From Anaeramoeba ignava BMAN (lineage: Eukaryota > Protista > Anaeramoebae), in assembly GCA_028826165.1 (NCBI GenBank), contig JAPDFW010000114.1:248001-312000 (forward strand): a stretch of DNA of 64,000 bases, in the 5' to 3' direction. This document shows, piece by piece, positions 1 to 12,900 of the stretch. The notes under the pieces are model-generated. The model made no database searches. It was not told the origin of the DNA and was given only the letters and a program-made list of their open reading frames with translations. Positions within the stretch are counted from its first letter, which is position 1, and every line of letters begins with the position of its first letter. The translations under genes were made by a program, and so were the position numbers.

Positions 1-1
1 A

Positions 2-1003
2 GATGAAAATTTTATTCAAAAAGTTCAATCAAATTTAAACTTAATATGGAAAGAAACTGAACTTTTAGCATTAAATTTATCATACAATGAATTGAACAAA
101 ATACCATCAGAAATATCAATGTTAACCAAAATAGAGTTTTTAGATTTATCAAGCAATAAACTATCAGAACTTCCAATTGAAGTTGGAAATTTGATTAATT
201 TGAAAAAATTTTATCTTAAACACAATCGATTTGAACTTTTTCCAAATCCAATTTTAAAATTAGAAAAATTAGAAGAATTGGATCTTCGTGAAAATCTTCT
301 TGTTGAAGTTCCTCCAGAATTGGGAAATCTTCCTTTAAAAGTGATTCTTTTATCCAGAAATATAAATATTGTGTTTCCTCCTTTAGAAATTCTTCAATAT
401 GATTCACAAGTTATAATTAATTTTTTGAAAGAAGCAAATGAAGAGAAAATTCGAATTGAAAATCAAAATCAAAATCAATATCAAAATCAATATCAAAATC
501 AAAATCAAAATCAAAATCAAAATCAAAATCAAAATCAAAATAATCAAAATCAAAATCAAAATCAAAATCAAAATCAAAATCAAAATAATCAAAATAATCA
601 AAATGATGAATATAATCTTTCAAGAAGTTTGGAAAATTCAAATATTTCTTGGATTCCTTTTATTCCAACAGAAATTCCAAAAATTGAAGAAGATCATTCA
701 AATTCAAGTCCAATTTTTGAATTGAGGAAAAAACTTCATAAAATTCAAGATATTGTTGGTGAAGATAATATTCCAAGTGATTTTATGTGTCCAATTACTT
801 TGGAAATCTTTGTTGAACCAGTAAAAGCTTCAGATGGATTTAATTATGAAAAATCAGTTATTTCAAAATGGTTAGAAAATCATGATATTTCTCCTCAAAC
901 TAATGAAAAATTTCCAAATAAAAATTTAATCGAAAATTTGGAATTAAAACAAAAAATTCAAATTTATATTAAAAGTTTAAATGAAATTGGAATAAAAATT
1001 TAA
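2..1003 (+). CDS. Leucine-rich repeat + U-box E3 ubiquitin ligase (5' end outside window)
   Basis: Frame open from nt 2; LxxLxLxxNxLxxLP repeats, N/Q linker, C-terminal U-box (IPSDFMCPITLEIFVEPVKASDGFNYEKSVISKWL...SPQTNE). Confidence 0.9.
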   Translation, partial: DENFIQKVQSNLNLIWKETELLALNLSYNELNKIPSEISMLTKIEFLDLSSNKLSELPIEVGNLINLKKFYLKHNRFELFPNPILKLEKLEELDLRENLLVEVPPELGNLPLKVILLSRNINIVFPPLEILQYDSQVIINFLKEANEEKIRIENQNQNQYQNQYQNQNQNQNQNQNQNQNNQNQNQNQNQNQNQNNQNNQNDEYNLSRSLENSNISWIPFIPTEIPKIEEDHSNSSPIFELRKKLHKIQDIVGEDNIPSDFMCPITLEIFVEPVKASDGFNYEKSVISKWLENHDISPQTNEKFPNKNLIENLELKQKIQIYIKSLNEIGIKI

Positions 1004-1338
1004 TTTAAATTGTGAAAATAATAAAATTATTAATAAATAAATATAAAAACAATTTTATTTTATTATTTTATTTTATTATTTTAAAAAATTGTTTAAAAAA
1101 TTTTTTATTTATTTAATTAATTAGGGGGCATAATTAATTCTAAATTAAAAAAAAAAATTAAATTTTTTCTTTTTTTTTTATTTTCATTTTTTCATTTTTT
1201 TTCCCTTCATTTTTTTTTTAGTTCAAAAAAAGGTATAATAATAATTAATTAAGAAATTTTAACTGAAAAAAAAAAATCAATTTAAATAACAAAAAAAAAT
1301 TAATAAAAAATAAAAAAAAATTTAAATTGGAAAGTTAG

Positions 1339-3796
1339 ATGCGGACATTTTTATCAATTTTCTTTTTTGCCTTTATTATCTTGACAACAATACAAGAGGC
1401 AAATGCAGATACTTGCGTATGGCAACCTTCTACTCATGTATACAACTTCACAACAACAAGAAGATCCTATTCAAATTATCAGTATTTTGACACAGAAGAA
1501 GATATACTTTTCGAATTGAATTTGTGCGGTAGTTTGAATTCTATCGACAACACTTTATGTCCTTGTTGTGATACTACTTCTGCTCCTTATACAGGTTATA
1601 CTATGGATACTGGTCAACAATGTACTTCTTGGGGAATGTCTAATAATACTGAAGGATGGCAATATATAGGTATGTTTTATTTCATATCTTTATTTTTTTT
1701 TCTCTTAATTTCTTTGTTGAATTCCCTTTTTGATATTTTAAAAATTGGCGAAAAAAAAATATTTATTTTCCTATTTTTTGCTTTTTAAATATTCAAATAT
1801 TTAAAATATAAATATAATTATAAATATAAATATAAATATAAATATAAATATAAATATAAATATAAATATAAATATAAATATAAATATAAATATAAATATA
1901 AATATAAATATAAATATAAATATAAATATAAATATAAAAATAAATATAAAAATAAAATATATAAAAAATAAATAAAATAAAAATAAAAATAAAAATATAA
2001 ATATAAATATAAATAAACATAAATATAAATATAAATATAAATATAAATATAAATATAAATATAAATATAAAAAAAATATAAATATAAATATAAAAATACA
2101 AAAATAAAATATAAATAAATAAATATAAATAAAATAAATATAAAATATAAATATAAATATAAATATAAATATAAATATAAATATAAATATAAATATAAAT
2201 ATAAATATAAATAAATATAAATATAAATATAAATATAAATATAAATATAAAATATAAATATAAATATAAAATATAAATATAAAATATAAATATAAATATA
2301 AATATAAATATAAATATAAATATAAATATAAAATATAAATATAAATATAAAATATAAATATAAAATATAAATATAAATATAAATATAAATATAAATATAA
2401 ATATAAATATAAATATAAATATAAATATAAATATAAATATAAATATAAATATAAATATAAATATAAATATAAATATAAATATAAATATAAATATAAATAT
2501 AAATATAAATATAAACATAAATATAAATATAAATATAAATATAAATATAAATATAAATATAAATATAAATATAAATATAAATATAAATTTAAATTAATTT
2601 ACATTTAGATGATGATCTTCCTGGAGTTGGTGTTATTTTGAGTTACTATATTCTTACAAGTTTAGGACATGTTCAACGTTCAATGTCTTACAATATGTTC
2701 TGTAATGACAACGAATTTTTCCAAATTATCTCAGCATTCATTTATGATACAATGCCACCACATATTCATGTTAATGTTGCAACAATGTATGCATGTTTAG
2801 AACCAACACCTTCTCCTGAACCAAGTCCAACACCAGCACCAACATTCTGTAAAACTTTCATTGGAAATGAACTTTTTGATTTGTCAGACCTTTCCAAAGA
2901 ATGGTATTATTATGATCCTTGGAATAATGGTCAATATTATCTTTATATTTGCGGAAATGTTGGCTCAGATACAAATTGCACAGTAAATTATTTATTATTT
3001 TAATATTTATTTTAATATTTTATTTATTATTTTAATATTTATTTTAATATTTAATTTAATATTTTATTATTTTAATATTTTAATTTAATATTTTAATTTT
3101 TTAATAATATTTATTTTTATATTTAATTTAATATTTTAATATTTATTTTTAATATTTAATTTAATATTTTAATAATTTAATAATTTAATATTTAATTTAA
3201 TATTTTAATAATTTAATAATTTAATATTTAATTTAATATTTTAATTTTTTAATATTTATTTTAATATTAATTAGTGCTGTGTTAGTAATACATCAACAGG
3301 ATGGCTTCTTGATGATACTAACTCATGCTCAATGCTTGGTTACTTAAATACATCAACATGGGGATATCTTCAAGGAAGTGAAAATCCAGAAGATGGAATT
3401 TCACTAACCTACAGAAAAACAACATCACTCGGACATGTATCACATACATTACGATGGGATTTCGTATGTGATTCAGATGCATCAACAGGAGAAATCATTG
3501 ACGTTGAAGAATATTCAATCCTTCCAGGATTAACAGAAGTAACATTTGTTTCAAATCGAGCTTGTCCGTTGGATCCATTCTCACCAACACCAGTTCCAAC
3601 ACCTTGTCCTTCATGGGTGCCTTGTCCTGATATATCATGCTCTCCAATACCAACAACAGCTTCATCATCATCAACTACAGGTATGAAGGGCGGTTATGTT
3701 TTCCTTGTTGTTTGCATGGCTGGTGCTGCAACGTTCATTGGCGGTTGGTTCGTCCATAAATACAGAAATGACAGAAATCAATATGCTAATCTTTAA
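1339..3796 (+). CDS. Type I membrane protein with three MRH (mannose-6-phosphate receptor homology)-like domains; probable lysosomal sorting receptor
   Basis: Exons 1339-1669, 2609-2982, 3275-3796 joined in frame by GT-AG introns; signal peptide, Cys-patterned repeats (FELNLCG, FDLSDL..YYLYICG, GISLTY..FVCD), Pro/Thr linkers, TM helix, tail ending YANL (YxxL). Confidence 0.7.
1800..2590. repeat. (AAATAT)n microsatellite inside intron 1 of the MRH-like gene
   Basis: Direct hexamer repetition. Confidence 0.95.
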
Positions 3797-4179
3797 GAAT
3801 TTAAAGTTCTTTTTCCTTTAATTTTTCTTTTTACTTTTAATTTCAAATTCTTAATCAAATTTCTAATCAAATTTCTAATCAAATTTTTAATCAATTTTTT
3901 TTCTCTATCTTTCTTCTTGATCAAAAAAAAAAACAAAAACAAAACAAAAACAAGAATAGTAATGATGAAAAAGAATTCTTTTTTTTTCTTTTCTTTTCTT
4001 TTCTTCTTCTTCTTCTTCGTTCCTGTCTCAACTCTTTTTTTTTTCTTTTTTGGTTTTTTTGAGAATTGATTCTCAAAATACTTTTGATATTTTTTTTTTT
4101 TGATGGAGAAATAATAAAAAAGGAACTTTTTCTTTTTAAAACAAAACAAAACAAAACAAATTTGATTTAAATTTATTTC

Positions 4180-5590
4180 AATTTTATTTTTAATTTTATT
4201 TTTAATTTTGAATTTAATTTCATTTTCAATTTTCATTTTGATTTTGAATTTAATTTTAAATTTTATTTTAATTTCATTTTCAATTTCGATTTTGAATTTG
4301 ATTTTGATTTTGATTTTGATTTTCATTTTGATTTTCAATTTGATTTTGATTTTGATTTTGATTTTGATTTTGATTTTTAATTTAATTTTGAATTTGAATT
4401 TGATTTTGATTTTGATTTTGATTTTGATTTTGATTTTCAATTTCATTTTGAATTTGATTTTCATTTTCATTTTCATTTTGATTTTCATTTTCATTTTCAT
4501 TTTGATTATTTTCATTTTGATTTTGATTTTGATTATTTTGAATTTGATTTTCATTTTGATTTTCATTTTCATTTTGTATTTCATTTTCATTTTCATTTTG
4601 TTTTTCATTTTCATTTTGATTTTGATTTTCATTTTGTTTTTCATTTTCATTTTGAATTTTGATTTTGAATTTCAATTTCATTTGAATTTATATTTTGATT
4701 TTCATGTTGATTTTGATTTTGAATTTGAATTTGAATTTGAATTTGAATTTGATTTTGATTTTGATTTTGATTTTGATTATTATTTTGATTTTGATTTTGA
4801 TTATTTCCATTTTGATTTTCATTTTGAATTTGATATTGATTTTGATTTTCATTATTTTGATTTTGATTATTTTGAATTTGATTTTCATTTTCATTTTCAT
4901 TTTGTTTTTCATTTTCATTTTGATTTTGATTTTCATTTTCATTTTGATTATGATTATTTCCATTTTGATTTTGATTTTGATTTTGATTTTGAATTTGATT
5001 TTGATTTTGATTTTGATATTGATTTTGAATTTGATTTTGATTTTGATTTTGATTTTGATTTTGATTTTGATTTTGTTTTTCATTTTCATTTTGTTTTTGA
5101 TTATATTGATATTGATTTTGATTTTGATATTGATTTTGATTTTGATTATGATTTTGATTATGATTTTGATTTTGATTTTGATTTTGAATTTAATTTGAAT
5201 TTAGATTTTTCTTCTTTTTTCTTCAAAATTTTGAATTTGATTTTGATTATTTCCATTTTGATTTTCATTTTGAATTTGATTTTGATTTTCAATTTCATTT
5301 TGTTTTTCATTTTCATTTTGTTTTTCATTTTCATTTTCATTTTGATTTTGATTTTGATTTTGATTTTGATTTTCATTATTATTTTGATTTTGATTTTGAT
5401 TTTCATTTTGATTTTGATTTTCATTTTCATTATTATTTTGATTTTGAATTTCATTTTGATTTTGATTTTGTTTTTCAATTTCATTTTGTTTTTCATTTTC
5501 ATTTTGATTTTGATTTTGATTTTGAATTTCATTTTCATTTTGTTTTTCATTTTCATTTTGTTTTTCATTTTCATTTTGTTTTTCATTTTT
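4180..5590. repeat. (TTTTGA/TTTTCA)n degenerate hexamer repeat, partly coding (NQ/NE tail of cyclin)
   Basis: Direct hexamer repetition; minus strand reads NENQNQ. Confidence 0.9.
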
Positions 5591-6748
5591 ATTTAAATTT
5601 TCTTGTTTCATAAATTTAGATTGATCTTCTTCTTTTAATTCTGAACGAATTTTATTTAAAATATCCATTTGAATAGGATCACTATCTGTATGAGAGTTTG
5701 ATTGAGAATCTTTAGTTTGCAATGATTGAATAATTTCTTTTCGAATTGGATCAATTTCTTCTTTTGAAACATCAAATAATTCATAAGGATCTGGATAAGA
5801 TCTTTCCAAATAATGAGTGGCAAGAATCAAAGCAGCTGCAGCAATAATTTTAGGAGGATAAAGAAGACAAAGAATAGTATGCAAACTATCATTAACAAAA
5901 TTCCAAGCAACTTGAGCTGTATCATTATCGGCTATAAAAATTTTTAATTTAGAAATTTAAATTCAATTGGATTTTTTTATTTGTTTGCTTTTTGATTATT
6001 AAAAAACCTTCTATTCTTCGTAAAAAAGAAAGAAGTGGATCATATGCATGATCAATTGAAAGATCAAACCCAAAGGTTTGTAAAATAACACGTTCAGAGA
6101 ATAATATTTTATCTCGAAAATTTGTGTATTCCTGATAAAGAATGAGTTAAAAATTTAATAAAATTGTTTTTGTTGTTATTGTTTTAATTCACTTTATTTG
6201 CTTCACTAATCTGTATTTTTCGATTAAATAATAAAAGGTATGAATTGGAAATCACATCTTCTAATTTTTTTGGTGTTTCTTCTACTTTTGCAGCTAAAAA
6301 AACACAAGCAATAGCAACATCCTTTGAGAATATAAATTTTTAAATTAAATTTTTTAAATTAAATTTTTTAAATTAAATTTTTTAAATTAAATTTTTTAAA
6401 TTAAATTTTTAAATTAAATTTTTAAATTAAATTTTTTAATTTTGATTTTTAATACAATTCGTGAAAATTGCTCAAAAGAACGAAGTGTAAAAAACCTGTG
6501 GAAATAAACAATCGCTGTTGCAATTGTAAATTGTTGTCTAAAATTATTTAATAAATTTTATTTAATAAATTTTATTTGTTGATATTTTGTTTTTTAATCT
6601 ACATTTCAAGACTTAAACCGAGACTTTGTATAAAGGCTGTGGTTTTCTGTCGAGTTGCCATTTCTTGTTCCCAACTCATAAAATTTGCTGAAGGGGAATG
6701 TTCTTGAACTTCTTCTCGAGTAAAAAACCATCGCCCATATTTACTCAT
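5201..6748 (-). CDS. Transcriptional cyclin (cyclin T/K family)
   Basis: Five exons (6748-6603, 6537-6456, 6321-6193, 6131-6008, 5931-5201) with in-frame GT-AG introns: MSKYGRWFFTREEV..., TIATAIVYFHRFF, ACVFLAAKVEETPKKLEDVI, ERVILQTFGFDL, AQVAWNFVNDSLHTILCLLYPPKIIAAAA. C-terminal end uncertain inside repeat. Confidence 0.9.
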
Positions 6749-6920
6749 ATTCAAAAAGAAAAAAAATTTAAAATGAAAGAAAAAAATGAAAAATGAAAAA
6801 TGGAAAAAAATATTTTTTTTCTCCTTTTCTTGTTTTTGAATTTTTTTTCCGATTCTTTTTTTTTTTCCGGTTTGAAATTTATTTTTTCATTTTTTTTTTC
6901 CTTTTCATTTTTTTTTTAAA

Positions 6921-9900
6921 ATGAGTTCTAAAAAAGTAAAATTATTAATTTGGTTAATAATTAATGAAAAATTTATAAAAAACTTGGAAAATATTCAAGT
7001 TTTTATAAATTCTAAACATAAGACAGAATTTAAACAAAAAAGTAAAACAGATTCAATTTGGTTTTGTGAAACTGAAATTAAAATGGAAAAAGAAAATAAA
7101 GAAAATAAAGAAAGTAAAGAAAATGAAGATCAACCCTTTCAAAAAAACATCAAATTTATAATAAAAGCTCAAAAAAATGATCTTAAAGAAAAAATTCAAT
7201 CTGCAAATTATAAAATTATTGAAACTAATCCTCATCAAACAATCTTTTATTTTTTCCAATTTACTAATGATGAAAAAAAAACCGAAATGTTGAATACCTC
7301 ATCTATTTTGAAATTCCTTAATATAATTCTTTTCTCAAAAAAAACAAAAATCCTCAAAGAAGATATTTCTAAAAAATGGGAAATTGTTTCTGCTTTATCC
7401 CAAATCAAAAAACCCCAAAAAGTAGAGTTTTATGATTGGATCAAAAAATTAAAAATTACTCAAAATACTCAAATATTCTTATTGATATCTTTAATTTCAA
7501 AAATATTCAATCTTAAAGTTGCCCAAAACTTGTTATTCGGTTCAAATAAACCAGAAAATAAATTCCAAGATTTAACTGAACTCACTTTTGAATTCTTTTC
7601 TCAAGAAAATCAAGAAATAGAATCACTTAAAAACAGTTTCAAAACAACAATTTCTAATATTTGTAGAAAATCAAAAAAAGTGGATTATGTCAAATTAGTT
7701 CCTTTTTATTTAATGCTTAAAAAAATGCAAATCAATCATAATTTCCAAGTTTGCTTGAAATCTCAAGAATTAGCACCAAATTTTATCATTTTGTTAAATG
7801 TCACTTTCCTCAATAAATCTTTCTTGGATTTTTTTAACATTTCACTATTCACATCAATTTTTGGAACAGATTTTCATTCAACAAAAGCTTACGAACAATT
7901 TCTTCTTAAACTTGTTTCACATTTCGAAATAATCAAAAATATCGAACGTTATTTATCTGTTGATAATTTCCTCAAGCTTTTTGATAAACTAAAGTTCAAT
8001 GATATGAATAATTTTTTTAGTTTTTGGAGTCCTTTTTATATCCATGTGAAAAAAATCATAGAACAAAATAAAAAAAAAGTAGATAAAATAATGACAAAAA
8101 CTTTCGAAAAAATATTAAAAGGTTCTAGATCTACTAGCAACACTATTTCTTCAGAAAAGAAAATAGAACTTCTTCAAATTGAAGAAATTATTATGAAGAA
8201 TTTCTCTGATCAAAAATTTCAATCAGATCAGGATATTCTTATATTGGTTAATTTTGCAAATCCCGATATTATTTCTCATATTAGCAAATTCTCCACAAAT
8301 CTTTTTAATTATTTTTCTTCAGAAATTACCAAACTTTACAAAAAAGTTGATAAAGATTCCATTCTAGATAATGACAAAATAATAAAACATATCCCTTTCG
8401 TTCAAATTCAATGCAAAGAATGGCAAGATTTTTCAGGAATAGATCCTCAAAATATAAATTATCAAAGCTCTTTCTCTTCATTAATTCCTGAATTTAAAAC
8501 ATCAGGAAAAATTCCAAAATTATCTCAATCATTCCTTTGGTTTAAAAAATCTCAAAAATTAATCAAAGATTGGTCAACAAAAAAAATCCCGTTTTTAAAA
8601 TTACTCAAAAAATATAAGGAAAATCTCGTGAAATTTGCTGGGAATTTGTCTTCTTGTTCGTGCACATTTCAGGATTTCTCAATCTTTTCTCAATATAAAA
8701 CCGATTATCAAAATCTTTTCAAATCTTTATTAATAAAAGATTTGAATTTCGAAAAGGCAGAATCAATTTACAATCAAATACAATCCAAATCAAAATGTTT
8801 ATCTGATTTCGCTGATTTTTATTTACCAGAAACAAACGAAATGTGCCAAAAAATTCATAATAAATTCATATCTAAAACTAAAACTATTGAAACAGAGCAA
8901 AAAAAACTAAGTGATTTCGATCTCACTTTTTCTGATTTCGAGATTGATTTCGATCTTTTGAAATGGATGAATATTCTCCAAACATCATCAATCTTCTGGA
9001 ATTTGTGGAATTCCCAACTTCAAAAAACTTCACAAGAAAAACCTATCAAAATCGAACAACTCAAAACTAAAATTATTAAAAACACAAAATCTGAATGGGA
9101 TCAAATCCATAAATCTATTACTGATCAATCTATTAAAATCTCCAAATTGGATTTACTTTTTTCTGAAAACATTAATGATAAGACCTGGATTCAAAAGGAG
9201 ATTAAATTCCTCAATCCAAAATATAAAAATGAAAAATCCAATAATGAAAAATCCAAAAATGAGAAATATCTTGAAGAATACCTGAAAGTAAAAGAAATTC
9301 AACTTTTTCTGCTATCTTTCTTTAAATTTTGTGAAAAATATTCCTTCGAAAATAACCAAAACAATTATCAAGATTTATTCTCAAATTGGGATAATTGGAC
9401 TCTTAGCGATACAACATTAATATTATCAAATTTAAATCAGGAGTTCGGTTCTGTTGAAAGTTCTATTATCACTTTTTTCCAGAATTTAATTGAAATCAAA
9501 TATCAAGAAAACACTTCAAAAACAGAATATTTATATAATACTGATTTACTTGATTTTCTCTTGCAAAAAAAATACCAAAATGACGAACTCTTTTTTTCAG
9601 AAATTGATCCAGATAGGATGGAAGATGGAATATACAAGGAAGCTGTGCAGCAATTAATCAATTTAAGAAAAAGAATGAAAGCATACTTGTATTCTAATAA
9701 TACATACAAATCAAAAAAGTATCTCTTGCAAATCATTTCCCATGAAGAAGCAAGACTCAAATCTTCCTCTCATCAAATTTCATTTTCCTTAATTCGTAAT
9801 TCCCTTCCTGGTATTAAAGAATGGATTCAATCACAAAAAGAATCATTCCAAACAAAAGCAAAAAGAAATATTTCCAAAATATTTTCTGAAGGATCTACAT

Positions 9901-12900
9901 TTCTATTTCAGTCTTCTATTACCGAAAACAAAACATTTATTTGTGAAACTTCCCAATCTGAGAAATTTACATTTGATGATTTCACAGATTTTTATTCTTT
10001 TTTCCATGATTTCGACTTTAATCAAAATTCAATTCAACCCCAAAATATCAAAAAAAACAAAAGCAAAAAAAACAAAGACAACAACCAAAATATAAAAAAA
10101 AATAAAGAAAATAAAGAAAATGACAAAGAACAAATAGAGGATTTTCTTGATTCGTTTAAATACATTGAAAAATGTACGGAACTTCTTTCTAAACTTACTT
10201 CAAACTCTCATTTCAAATACAAAAATTACTCTTATAAAATTCCAGTCAATAAATCCAAAAAATATAAACAAGATTTGAATAATTTCCAAATTAAATTAGA
10301 ACAAGATTTGGCAGAATGGAAAAAAACAGTAAATGAAATTTTTGTAGGATTTCCTTTTCTTTCTTTCTTTTCTCAAGAACAAATTTTGGGATTTTTACAC
10401 ATGATTCAATCTTTTTTTGATAAACAACAAAACTCTTCAAATTTGCTCAACTCAAACGAAAAAGAAGATTTCATCCAAATATTAAAACTTTATTCAAAAT
10501 CACTCACAGTTGAAATTATTGAAACAGAAATCAAAAAAACACAAAATACAAATTCTGAATTCAAAGAATATGCCAAAATCTTAAACGATATTTTGCAAAA
10601 ACATTTCGATCCAAACAGAACAATCAAAATTGAAGATGATACTCTATTTGAGAATCACATTTACAAAGAGGCAAACAAGGAATTAAACAAACAATTCAAC
10701 AAGAAAAGCGGCAAAGTTACAGATCCAAAAATTTTCGTTCATTCTTCAAAAAATGAATTGAATGTTTATGATATTGTTTGCACTTTCTATTATATATTTT
10801 CTCGCAAATTCCCATTAAGGGAACAAGTACTAATTTGCAACGAAGAAACATCAGAAGGAGATATTTCCCAATTCTTGAAAGTTTACGAATTTTACAACTT
10901 AGATAGAAACATACAAACAAATCAAAACACACACTCTTCTCTATTCTCTATTGTTCATGCAAACAGACTCTCAAAAAAGAAAGCAAATTTCCTCATTTCA
11001 AGTATCCATTCTATATCCTTTGATACCCAATTCCCATTGGTCATTTTTTGCTCAGGTAGTGACTATCTAACTAAAAACTTACTTTATGTATTTTCTACAG
11101 GAGAAATTCAAAACACAGATATAGAACCAATCCAAAACAATGAACTCAAAAAGTTTATGAAAATAAACCCATTTTCACAAAGAATGAAAGTTTTCACATC
11201 AAAACTTGCTGGATTTGGCAAAACATTCCGCATTCGCCAAGTTTGTTACAAAGAAAATCCTTCATCAAATTATCACCACATTGTTGTTACATCAGAAAAA
11301 AAATCTGAAATTATCAAACAGATTATTGATAAATTGGCCAATCATGAAAAAAAAGATATAATTTATTTTCATATTGAATTTCCTTATTCACCAAAAAGTA
11401 CAATTTCTGATTATATTTGGACTCTTCTAATGTGGGGATCAATAGAAGACAAAAGATCTTTCTCATCCATAAATTCTGCATGGAATATACCAGAAAATGT
11501 TAGATTGATGTTCGAAGTTCCAAGTCATAGAACTGAAGATTCTTTGCAGGGACTTAAATTCTTTCCTCCTCTTAAATACTTGGAACAAAATGAATGTGAA
11601 GTCAACTCAAAATCCTTTTCTTTTAATTCCTATTCTCCAACAAATAGTGGTATAATTGTAAAAACAAAGGATTGGGATCTGATTTATGTTCGAAATTTAT
11701 TTAAATTTTATGACCAAGAATTTGAGATACTAAGAGGCAAAAACAAAGAAGCTCGTATTACAATTTTCAAAGATATATCAGATCTCAAATCCAAAGAACA
11801 AAAAGAAGCAGCCAAAAAAACATTCTACAAAAAGAGCAAAAGAATTTATTTACGAAGTAAATGAAGATGAAGAACTAACTTTTCGATTATTTGCAAACTT
11901 TTGGAGAGTCTTGAAATCTCACATTCATGCTTTGATGTCTTATAATTTTCTTAATCTGAATATGGCGAAAGAGTTGTTCAATAACGAATCAATGGGAAAA
12001 CTATTCCTAAAGCAATTCATAAAAGCCTATTTCTCTTCCGTTTCAAAAATGATTGCTCGCTCATTTGATTGGACAAATACATCTCCAGATTCTGGATTGA
12101 CAGAACTAAAAGATTTATGTAATACGTTCGATAAGGCTCTTCCTTGGGAAAAAAGAGATCTTTTTATTATTCTTTTTGTAATTTCAATAACCAAAACAAA
12201 CGATCAGAAAACATCTGTAAACTTAAGTGGAATTAATCTTCTGGGAAGAGATGAAAACGAAATGAGAAATTGCTTCAATCCTGCTTTGCATAAAGCATTA
12301 GAAACAAATGGTTTTGTTTTCCACAAATCTCTTCCTCCAGATTCAATTATTAATGAGTACGAGAAAGCTTTTTCAGCTCTCAATTCATTATCCTTCAAAA
12401 AATTTGATTTCAAAAAATTATCCAAAGAACATCAAGAAAACAAATCAAAATATACATTCACAACAGATAACTTCTTGAAGATGCTATTTATACAATACAA
12501 ATTATTTGCAAGACTGCCTGTGATTTTGCTTGGAGAAACTGGATGTGGAAAAACTTCCTTAATTACATATTTGTGTGAAACTGTGATGAACCAAAAACTA
12601 AAACTTCTTACTATTCATGGCAAAATCAAGAGAAAAGAAATCTTTAATTTTGTAGAAAATGCCCAAAAAGAAGCTGAACAAATAGGTGAAAAGATTGCAA
12701 TTTTCTTTGATGAATTCAATACAGCTCCCAAAAAATGTCTTATGATTTTAAAAGGTTTGTTTTCTGATCGTATTCTCAATGGAATTCCCATTTCTGATCA
12801 AATTTACATTTTTGGAGCTGCTAATCCTTATCGTTTGAGAGAAGAGAAAAGTGAAAATGATGATTTCTTAACAGATGAAGGATTGGCGTTCGATTACGGA

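Noticed and set aside
1793-2518. Long FI/IY, IL/LN, FD and INCF ORFs here and at 4208-5596, 39210-40079, 61874-63919
   Set aside because: Translations of microsatellites in introns or spacers; no coding signature.
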